DNA of 64,000 nucleotides from Anaeramoeba ignava BMAN (taxonomy: Eukaryota > Protista > Anaeramoebae). How positions within the stretch are numbered: position 1 is the stretch's first letter; every line of letters begins with the position of its first letter. The position numbers and the translations under genes were made by a program. This document shows positions 50,288-61,304 of the stretch, one piece after another. The DNA lies in assembly GCA_028826165.1 (NCBI GenBank), contig JAPDFW010000061.1:1-64000 (forward strand), given 5' to 3'. The notes under the pieces are model-generated. The model searched no databases. It had not been told where the DNA came from and was given only the letters and a program-made list of their open reading frames with translations.

Positions 50288-50417
50288 TAAAAAATAAAAT
50301 TTAAAATTTAAAATTTAAAAAGAAAAAAGAAAAAAGAAAAAATGAAAAAAAATTTTTTTTAATTTTTTTAATTTTTTAAACTTCATTTTTTTTCTTTTTT
50401 TTTCACTTTTTTTTTTA

Positions 50418-53400
50418 ATGGGGAATCTTGTTGATAAAATTGATACAAATTTATATCTTGGAAATCTTGCAATGGCTCAAAATATTGAGAAATTAAAAAT
50501 TTTAGAAGTAAAAAAAAAACGTTAATTTAAATTAAAATCACAATTAAAATTAAAATCAATTAAAATTTAAATTAAAATTAAAATCACAATTAAAATTTAA
50601 AATTAAAATTTAAAATTAAAGTGATCAAAAAAAAAGGGAAATTGAAATTAAAAAAATATTAAAAATATGAAATAAAAAGTCAATATAATCTTAAAATAAA
50701 AAAATAATAATAATAATAAATTAATCAAAGAATAAAAATCTCGATGAGAAAATTCTACAATTCTTATTTTAACAAAAAAAAAATCAATTAAAAAATCAAT
50801 TAAAAAATCAATTAAAAATTCAATTAATGAAAAAGAAAAAGAAAATTAAATCATAAATTAACTATTAAAAATTGATAAAATTAAACAATTAGATTACTCA
50901 CATTCTAAATACATCAACAGAACCAGTTTTTCATCCAGATGATTTTAAATATTTAACTATTCCCATTTTTGATCTTGATTCTGAGTTTGTTTTAGATTTT
51001 TTTCCAATAACTTATGATTTTATCGAAAAGGCAATTACATCTGGTGGATCTGTTTTTATCCATTGGTAAATATGAAAAATTCAATCTAATTCAATCTAAT
51101 TCAATCTAATTCAATCTAATTCAATTTTAATTTAATTTAATTCCAATTTAATTTAATTTAATTCCAATTTAATTTAATTCCAATTTAATTTAATTTAATT
51201 TCAATTTAATTTAATTTAATTTCAATTCAATTCAATTCAATTCAATTTAATTCAATATTCAATTCAATATTCAATTCCAATTCAATTTAATTAATATTCA
51301 ATTTAATTTAATTTAATTTAATTTCAATTCAATTCAATTTCAATTCAATATTCAATTTTAATTTCAATTTAATATTCAATCCAATTCAATTCAATTTAAT
51401 TCAATTTAATTTCAATTCAATTTAATATTCAATTCAATTTAATTTCAATTCAATTTAATATTCAATTCAATTTAATTTCTATTCAATTTATATCAATTCA
51501 ATTTAATTTCAATTCAATTTAATTCAAATCAATTTAAATTCAATTCAATTCAATTCAATTTAATTCAATATTCAATTCAATATTCAATTTTAATTTCAAA
51601 TCCAATTCAATTCAATTTAATTTAATATTCAATTTATATCAATTTAAATCAATTTAATTTCAATTCAATATTCAATTTTAATTTAATTTAATTTAATTCA
51701 ATTCAATTCAATTTAATTTCAATTTAATTTCAATTTAATATTCAATTCAATATTCAATTTAATATTCAATTTAATTTAATTCCAATTTAATTTAATTTAA
51801 TTTAATTTAATTCCAATTTATTTCAAATCCAATTCAATTTAATTAATATTCAATTCAATATCAATTCAATTTTAATTTAATTCAATCCAATTCAATTCAA
51901 TATTCAATTTTAATTTCAATTTAATTCAATTTAATTTCATTTCAATTCAATTTAATTTAATTCAATTCAATTTAATATTCAATTTAATTCAATTCAATTT
52001 AATTCAATTCAATTTAATATTCAATTTAATTCAATTCAATTTAATTCAATTCAATTTAATATTCAATTTAATTCAATTCAATTTAATTCAATTCAATTCA
52101 ATTTAATTCAATTCAATTTAATTCAATTTAATATTCAATTTAATTTAATTTAATTTTCAATTTAATATTCAATTTAATTTCAATTCAATTTCAATTCAAT
52201 TCAATTCAATTCAATTCTATTCAATTTAATTTCAAATTTCAATATTCAATTCAATTCAATTCCAATTCCAATTCAATTTCAATTTAATTCAATATTCAAT
52301 TCAATTCAATTCAATTCAATTCAATTCAATTTAATTCAATTCAATTCAATTCAATTCAATTCAATTTAATTTAATTCAATTCAATATTCAATTCAATTCA
52401 ATTCAATTTAATTCAATTTAATTCAATTTAATATTCAATTTAATATTCAATTTAATTTCAATTTAATTCAATTCAATTCAATTCAATTCAATTTAATTTA
52501 ATTCAATTCAATTCATTTTTCAATATTCAATTCAATTCAATTCAATTCAATTTAATTCAATTTAATTCCAATTCAATTTAATTCAATTTAATTTTATTCC
52601 AATTTATTTCAAATCCAATTCAATTTAATTTCAATTTCCAATTTTTAAATTAAATTCAATTCAATTCCAATTTTAATATTCAATTTAATTTAATATTCAA
52701 TTTTAATATTCAATTCAATTTAATATTCAATTCAATTTAATATTCAATTCAATTTAATATTCAATTCAATTTAATATTCAATTCAATTTAATATTCAATT
52801 CAATTTAATATTCAATTCAATTTAATATTCAATTCAATTTAATATTCAATTCAATTTAATATTCAATTCAATTTAATATTCAATTCAATTCAATTCAATA
52901 TTCAATTTAATATTCAATTCAATTTAATTTAATTCAATATTCAATTCAATTCAATTTAATTCAATATTCAATTCAATTCATTTCAATTTAATTCAATATT
53001 CAATTCAATTCATTTCAATTCAATTTAATTTCAATTCAATTCAATTCAATTCAATTTAATTCAATTTAATTCCAATTTAATTCCATTCAATTCAATTTTA
53101 ATTTCAATTCAATATTCAATTCAATATTCAATTTCAATTTAATTTAATTCAATCCAATTTAATTCAATATTCAATTCAATTCAATATTCAATTTAATTCA
53201 ATTTAATTCAATTTCAATTCAATTTAATTCAATTTCAATTCAATTTAATTCAATTTCAATTCAATTTAATTCAATTTCAATTTTAATTTCAATTTTAATT
53301 TCAATTCAATATTCAATTTAATTTCAATTTAATTCAATTCAATTTTAATTTAATTCAATTTTAATTAAAAATTATTTCTGAATACTTTCCATACATAAAT

Positions 53401-54423
53401 TTGAATGAATTAGTGCTGCAGGAGTGAGTCGTTCAGCAACATTCACAATAGCATATTTAATGAAAAAGAAAGAATGGTCATATCAAACAGCATATTCTTA
53501 TGTTAAAAAAAAACGGACAGTAATATCACCAAGACCAGGATTTATGCAGCAATTATTTATGTGGGAAGAGATGCAATATGATTTAGAAGAAAATTCAAAA
53601 TTTAATATCACTTATCAACAAATGAAACTGACTGAAGAAATCAAACTAATTTCAAAAGAGGCAAAACTTAACTTGATCAACCAAAACCTCCAAAAAAAAG
53701 AATCTAAATGGATCGTTATTGACAAAATTATTCAAGTTTTGAAACTTTATTCAAGATTTCTTAATATTCAATATTTTCATATAATTTGTCAAAATGGCAA
53801 AAGAAAGAGAAAATGATGTTTTGAGAATATTCGTTTCTTATCTAGAAGGCTTTCTTAATCCTTTTTACTGCCATTTTAATTTTGAACAAACTCCAATTTT
53901 CAGGTTTTTTTTGGAACCTCTTCAAGATTTGATTATGGAAAGAAGTCAAAAAAAAGAAATTAATGAAAATCAGGAAATTTTCCAAAATATTCAAATTAGT
54001 GAAAGTTTAACAAATATTGAAAATAATGAAAGTTTAACAAATATTGAAAATAATGAAAATATAACAAATATTGAAAATAATGAAAGTTTAACAAATGAAG
54101 AAGATATTCCAAATATTGAAAATAATCAAAATTTAACAAATGAAGAAGATATTCCAAATAACGAAAATAATCAAAATAATCAAAATAATCAAAATATCGA
54201 AAATAATCAAGATATCCAAAATATTCAAAATAATCAAGATATTGAAAATATTCAAAATATTCAAAATATTCAAAATATTCAAAATAATCAAAACATTCAA
54301 AATATTCAAAATAATCAAAACATTCAAAATATTCAAAATAATCAAAATATTCGTCATAATTGTCGTCAAAATTTACAAATTGATGTAATAAATCAAAATT
54401 TTAATTTAAGTGATAATGATTGA
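50418..54423 (+). CDS. Dual-specificity protein phosphatase, exons 50418-50507, 50893-51065, 53414-end, probable frameshift at ~53792
   Basis: NLYLGN, ITHILN, IPIFD, spliced catalytic motif VFIHC|AAGVSRSATFTIAYLM, ISPRPGFMQQL. Confidence 0.9.
51078..53365. repeat. Intronic pentamer satellite (AATTC/AATTT/AATATTC)n, ~2.3 kb
   Basis: Fills DUSP intron 2, which splits the catalytic Cys codon. Confidence 0.9.
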
Positions 54424-54619
54424 TTAATCCAAATCTTAATTTTGTTTATTTTATTTTTTGATTTTCTTTCCTGTTTTATTTTAATAAATTTTAAATAAAA
54501 TAAATCAAAATCAAAATCAAAAATTTTTTGAAAGAATTTTTTAATTATTCAAAAAGAAAAATTAAATAATATTCAAAAGAAAAATTATTTTGTTTTTTGT
54601 TTTTTCTTTTCAAAACTTT

Positions 54620-56458
54620 TCATTTTTTTTTATAAGTAAGTTTAAAATGTTGATAAGGATTTTGATTTCGTAATTGGAAAGTATTATTTAAAAAATTTGT
54701 AATTGATCTTCGAATATTTTTTTTAGAAATTTTTGAATTTGGAGAAATTTGTGATTGACACTGAAAAAGATATTCAATAGCTTCTTTTTTTATTTCAATA
54801 GTTTGTGGAATATTTTTATTTTTTAAATATTGTGAATATGTATTTGATTTCCAACCAATAAAGAAGTTTGGTTTAATTTTTGCTAATTCATCTAAACGAC
54901 GTCCAACACTTTTGGTTGTGGCAAAAAAATGAGCTGAAGGTAAAAATTCTTCTTCTTGATTTTGATTTAAATTTTGATTTATATTTTGATTTTGTTTTTG
55001 ATTTTGATTTTTAATTTGATTTTGATTTTGATTTTGATTTTGATTTTGATTTTGATTTTGATTTTGATTTTGATTTTGAATTTGATTTAAATTTTGATTT
55101 AAATTTTGATTTTGATTTTGATTTTGATTTTGAATTTGATTTAGATTTTGATTTTGATTTAAATTTTTAATTTGATTTTTATTTTTATTTTGATTTTGAT
55201 TTTGATTTTGATTTTGATTTTGATTTTTAATTTGATTTTGATTTATATTTTGATTTATATTTTGAATTTCATTTTTAATTTGATTTTGATTTTGATTTTG
55301 ATTTTTAATTTGATTTTTAATTTGATTTTTAATTTGATTTTTAATTTGATTTTGATTTTGATTTTGATTTTGATTTTGATTTTGATTTTGATTTTTAATT
55401 TGATTTTTAATTTGATTTTTAATTTGATTTTTAATTTGATTTTGATTTTTAATTTGATTTTGATTTTGATTTTGAATTTGATTTTGATTTTGAATTTGAT
55501 TTCGATTTTGATTTAAATTTTTAATTTGATTTTTAATTTGATTTTGATTTTGATTTTGATTTTTAATTTGATTTATATTTTGATTTTGATTTTGATTCTG
55601 AATTTGATTTTGATTTAAATTTTTAATTTGATTCTGAATTTGATTTTGATTTATATTTTGATTTATATTTTGAATTTCATTTTCATTTTGATTTTGATTT
55701 TGATTTTGATTTTGATTTTGATTTTGATTTTGATTTTTAATTTGATTTTGATTTTGATTTTTAATTTGATTCTGATTTTTAATTTGATTTATATTTTGAT
55801 TTTGTTTTTGATTCTGAATTTGATTTTGATTTTGATTTTGATTTTGATTTTGATTTTGATTTTTAATTTGATTTTGAATTTGATTCTGAATTTGATTTTG
55901 ATTTTTAATTTGATTTTGATTTTGATTTTGATTTAAATTTTTAATTTGATTTTTATTTTGATTTATATTTTCAAATCTTTTTGGATTATCGGAAAAAAGA
56001 TCAAAATCTTTTTTTCTCTTTTTGTTATTCTCTTCCACTTTCTTTCTTTTATTTAATAAAGAAAAATTGTCTTCATTCCGTTGATTTTTTTCAGCTTCAA
56101 AAACAATATCAGAAATTTCACTTTTCTCATTAAAATTCAATTGTAAATCAAACTCAAATTTAGATTCTTCTTGATTTGGAAGAAAGAGAATTGGAGGATC
56201 TCCAAAAGAAGGAAGATCAAAACTAGAATCAGAATGAGAATCTAAATCAGAATCTTCATAATTTTTTTTTTCTTTTTTTTTTTTTTGAAAGGAATTTTTT
56301 TCCATTTTATTATCTTTTTCTAAAATGTCATTTTTTTTATTCATTTCATTCGAATTTTTTGTTATTGATTTTTCTTTTTCTGTATCAAAAATTGAATCAG
56401 ATGAATTTTCTCCTTCGGAATTAAAATGTACATCTGTAAAAGTTGTTGAAACTAACAT
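54620..56458 (-). CDS. Unknown protein: acidic N-terminus, NLS-like KRKK, ~335-aa N/Q tract, basic ~105-aa C-terminal globular domain
   Basis: 612-aa ORF with non-repetitive ends, open through the whole repeat. Confidence 0.7.
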   Translation of the reverse strand: MLVSTTFTDVHFNSEGENSSDSIFDTEKEKSITKNSNEMNKKNDILEKDNKMEKNSFQKKKKEKKNYEDSDLDSHSDSSFDLPSFGDPPILFLPNQEESKFEFDLQLNFNEKSEISDIVFEAEKNQRNEDNFSLLNKRKKVEENNKKRKKDFDLFSDNPKRFENINQNKNQIKNLNQNQNQNQIKNQNQIQNQIQNQIKNQNQNQNQNQNQNQIQNQKQNQNINQIKNQNQIKNQNQNQIKNQNQNQNQNQNQNQNQNENEIQNINQNINQNQIQNQIKNLNQNQIQNQNQNQNINQIKNQNQNQNQIKNQIKNLNQNRNQIQNQNQIQNQNQNQIKNQNQIKNQIKNQIKNQIKNQNQNQNQNQNQNQNQIKNQIKNQIKNQIKNQNQNQNQIKNEIQNINQNINQNQIKNQNQNQNQNQNQNKNKNQIKNLNQNQNLNQIQNQNQNQNQNLNQNLNQIQNQNQNQNQNQNQNQNQNQNQIKNQNQKQNQNINQNLNQNQEEEFLPSAHFFATTKSVGRRLDELAKIKPNFFIGWKSNTYSQYLKNKNIPQTIEIKKEAIEYLFQCQSQISPNSKISKKNIRRSITNFLNNTFQLRNQNPYQHFKLTYKKK

Positions 56459-56959
56459 TCAAATTTTAAAATAAAATAAAAGAGAGAAAGAAACAAGATT
56501 AAATATTTAAATAAATTCAATCCAAAAAGATTAACAAAAATTTTTCAACAAAGAAAAAGAAAATTTAAAAAGAAATGAAAGAGAAAAGTGAATAAAAATT
56601 AATAAAAGAAATAAAGTGAAAAAAATTATTTAATTTAATTTAATTAAAAAAAAAAGCAAAAAAATAAAAAATAAAATAAAACTCGACACACGTGGATTAA
56701 AATAAAAATAAAAATAAATAAAAATTAAATTAAAAATTAAAAATAAAAAACGGAAAATTTTTTTTTTATTAAAGATCTAAAAATTAAGAAGATTAATAAT
56801 AATAAAAAAAAAAAGATAAAAAGGAAAAAAAAAAATTTCGTTTTTTAATTGTGATTTTGATTTTAATCCTTTATTCGAAATTTATTGTATTAATTAATTG
56901 ATTTATGAAATTAATGGAAAGAAAAAAGAAATTAAAAAAGAAAAAAGAAAAAAGAAAAT

Positions 56960-59900
56960 TTAAATGACTTTCTTTGATTTTCCAACTTCAATAAATGCAT
57001 TAATTGCTTTATTTAATTGTTCTTTTGTATGTTTTGCTGAAATTTGAACTCTTATTCTTGCTTGTCCTTTTGGAACAACTGGATAAGAAAATCCAATAAC
57101 ATAAATTCCTCTTTTTAACATTTCATCTGCAAATTCGTTTGCTAATCTTCCTTCATATAACATAATTGGAATAATTGGATGAACTCCTGGCATAATTTTA
57201 AATCCTGCATCAGTCATCTTCTTTCGGAAATATAATGTGTTTTCTTCTAATTTATCTCTTAATTCTGTTGATTCAGAAATTGTATCAAATGCTTTAATTG
57301 CTGCTCCAACAATAACTGGTGTAATCTATTTAATTCAATATTTATTTTAATATTTATTTTAATATTTAATTTAATATTTAATTTAATATTAATTTAAATA
57401 TTTAATTTAATATTTATTTTAATATTTAATTTAATATTTATTTTAATATTTATTTTAATATTTATTTTAATATTTATTTTAATATTTAATTTAATATTTA
57501 ATTTAATATTTAATTTAATATTTAATTTTAATATTTATTTTAAATTTATTTAATATTAAATATTTTATTGTTTTTATTTAATATTTATTTTAATATTTAA
57601 TATTTATTTTAATATTTATTTTTAATATTTATTTTAATATTTATTTTAATATTTATTTTAATATTTTTATTTTTAAATATTTATTTTTTATTTATTTCAA
57701 TATTTATTTTAATATTTATTTTAATATTTATTTTTAAAATAAATTTAATTTAATATTTATTTTTAACGAAGAATTTCAATATTTATTTTTTAGGTTTAAT
57801 TTGTAAATCCATTTTAAGCAGAATTTAAATATTTTTTCCAATGTTGATTTTAATAATTTTCAATATTTAAATTTATTTTTAATATTTATTTTAATATTTA
57901 ATTTAATATTTCAATTTTTAATATTCAACACAAACATTTGAATATTTATTTTACTATTTAATTATTTTAATATTTAATTTTTATTTATTTAAATATTTAA
58001 TTATTTTAATTATTTTTAATTATTTAATTTAATATTTATTTAAATATTTATTTTTAATATTTAATTTAATATTTAATTTAATATTTATTTTATTTAATTT
58101 AATATTTAATTTAATATTTATTTTAATATTTATTTTAATATTTATTTTTAATATTTATTTTAATATTTATTTTAATATTTAATTATTTAATATTTATTTT
58201 AATATTTATTTTAATATTTATTTTAATATTTATTTTAATATTTAATTTAATATTTATTTTGCAAGTTTGAAAATAAATAAGGTCTCTATTTGCCTTTTAA
58301 AGGAGGAACATCACCATCCATTGAAAAACACCAAGTGTTGAATTAATAATTCTCTATATCACATTTTTGAGCTCCTCTTTAAGTTTTTTCCAAGACTTTC
58401 ATCAACACAAACAAGTGAATCATATATTTAATTATTGTTAATTATTATTTTAATCGAATTCCATCAATAATTATTTATTTTTTAATTATTTTAATTATTC
58501 CATTATTTAATTATTTAATTATTTAAATTATTTAATTATTTTAATTATTTAATATTTAATTATTTAATTATTTAATTATTTAATTATTTAATTATTTTAT
58601 TATTTATTATTTTACTATTTAATTATTTTAATTATTTTATTATTTAATTATTTAATTATTTTAATTATTTAATTATTTAAGTATTTTATTATTTTATTTA
58701 TTTAATTTGAAATTTATATCTAAGCCAATTTCACAAATTTATTTCAATTTATTTCACCATATAATTTATTTCACATTTTTATTTCTTAAGTTTTTCTTCA
58801 AGATCTTTCATATCAATGATTATATTTCTTGTTTTTTCCTGCAAGTCGAACTCCATCAATAATTGATGCGTGATTTAAAGCATCACTAATAATTCCAAGA
58901 TCAACTTTTTCATCAGTTTTTGGATCAATTAATCCTTCAAAAAGTCCAGTATTTGCATCAAACTAATAAAAATAAAATTATTTCATATTTGTTTCAATTT
59001 ATATCAATTTATATCAATTTATTTCAATTTATTTCAATTTATTTCAATTTATTTCAATTTATTTCAATTTATATCAATTTATATCAATTTATATCAATTT
59101 ATATCAATTTATTTCAATTTATTTCACATTTATTTCAATTTATTTCACTTTATTTCAATTTATTTCAATTTATTTCAATTTATTTCAATTTATTTCAATT
59201 TATATCAATTTATTTCAATTTATTTCACATTTATTTCAATTTATTTCAATTTATTTCAATTTATTTCAATTTATTTCACATTTATTTCAATTTATTTCAA
59301 TTTATTTCACATTTATTTCACATTTATTTCAATTTATTTCAATTTATTTCAATTTATTTCAATTTATTTCAATTTATATTTCAATTTATTTCAATTTATT
59401 TCAATTTATTTCAATTTATTTCAATTTATTTCACATTTATTTCACATTTATTTCACATTTATTTCAATTTATTTCAATTTATTTCACATTTATTTCAATT
59501 TATATCAATTTATTTCAATTTATTTCACATTTATTTCAATTTATATCAATTTATTCCAATTTATTCCAATTTATTTCAATTTATTTCAATTTATTTCAAT
59601 TTATTTCAATTTATTTCAATTTATTTCACATTTATTTCAATTTATTTCAATTTATTTCAATTTATTTCAATTTATTTCACATTTATTTAATTTATTTCAC
59701 ATTTATTTCAATTTATTTCAATTTATTTCAATTTATTTCAATTTATTTCAATTTATTTCAATTTATTTCAATTTATTTCAATTTATTTCAATTTATTTCA
59801 ATTTATATCATATTTATTTCAATTTATTTCAATTTATTTCAATTTATTTCAATTTATTTCAATTTATATCAATTTATATCAATTTATTTCAATTTATTTC

Positions 59901-60891
59901 AATTTATTTCACATTTATTCCAATTTATATCAATTTATATCAATTTATATCAATTTATTTCAATTTATTTCAATTTATTTCACATTTATATCAATTTATT
60001 TCAATTTATTCCAATTTATTCCAATTTATTTCAATTTATAGAAAAAAAATTACACAACTTCCATAAAGAAGAGTATCTTCCTTTCGATGAAATTTAGATA
60101 TCTTTTCTTCTAATTCTTTATGTATGTCTTGAGTACCACAAACAGGTCTTCCACCAACAAGACCCAAACCATGACTATCAATAGTTCTCTTTGCTGCTTG
60201 CATTAAACTATAATCATTAGAAAGTCCTAAATACTAATTTAAAATTAGCAATTATCCAAAAATAAATTAAAATAAATTAAAAATAGATCAATAAAAAAAA
60301 AAGAAACAATTTAATTTTAAAAAAATTAAGCAAAAAAAAGAACAATTAAAAGAATTTATTGTTTTTTTTCTTATTAAATTTTTGGGGGAGTTTCTTTTGT
60401 TATTAAGCTTTTTTTTTTTTGATTTAGTCAAACAAACATTATTAGCACAAAAATTTAAAACTTCATTTTGAGTTCCTTCAACAGAAATTGCAGAGGATTG
60501 TTGTGAAATCAATACTCTTTCATCTAAAAAAAAATATAAAAAAAATTTATTCAATCCAAATCATTAAGAATCAATTATTAAAAATTCAATTAAAAATTAA
60601 AAAAAGTTTGATTTAATTGAAAAATTTTTTAGTTTAATAAAAAAGCCGAATAAAATTAAATTTAACCAAACAAAAGAAAAAGAATTTTTAAAAAATTTAA
60701 AAAGAAAAATTAAGTTTAATCGAATTAGCTTTCCAAAAATTGTTTTTCTAGTTTTTGTTTTAATTACTTTTCCATAATCCTGCTCTTTTTATATCTGAAA
60801 GTTGTTTTTCAATTAATCTTCTTGCTTTTAAAGAAGCAAATAATTTTATTTGGTTTTTTTTTATTGGTTTAAAGAATTTTGCTTGAAGCAT
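56960..60891 (-). pseudogene. GCAT: Glycine C-acetyltransferase (KBL/GCAT) paralogue 1. Exons 1-3 and the last exon are intact, exons 4-5 scrambled (pseudogene or mis-assembly)
   Basis: Exons 60891-60768, 60523-60438 (LNFCANN), 60233-60054, 58962-~58830 ([17 protein letters not shown]) and last exon 57325-56960. The middle has no continuous frame and lacks the PLP lysine. Confidence 0.7.
58980..60040. repeat. Intronic 10-bp satellite (AATTTATTTC)n
   Basis: Fills intron 3 of paralogue 1. Source of the spurious ORF 58920..59690. Confidence 0.9.
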
Positions 60892-61304
60892 TTTTTTTTT
60901 TAAATTGAATTCAATAAAAGTTCGAAATTAAAAAATAAAATAAAAATTAAAAATAAAAATAAGTTTTTTTTTCTTGTTATTTTCTTGTTTAGAAAAGGGA
61001 AAAATTTTTTAAACTCTCCAATAATTTTTAAATAAAAAAAATAAAATAAAAATTTATTACTAATTATTATTAATTATTAATTTTTTTTGATCAAAAAAAT
61101 TGTTTCTTTTTTTTTTTTTTTTTAAAAATTTAAATAAAAAAAATTTAAATTAAAAAAAATTTGTTGTTTTTGTTTTTAATCGTTTTAAACCGAAAAAAAA
61201 AAAGAGAAAAAGGATTTTCAATTAAAAAGAATTGAAAATTTTTGAACTGAAATGAAATTAATGGAAAGAAAAAAGAAATTAAAAAGAAAAAGAAAAAAGA
61301 AAAT

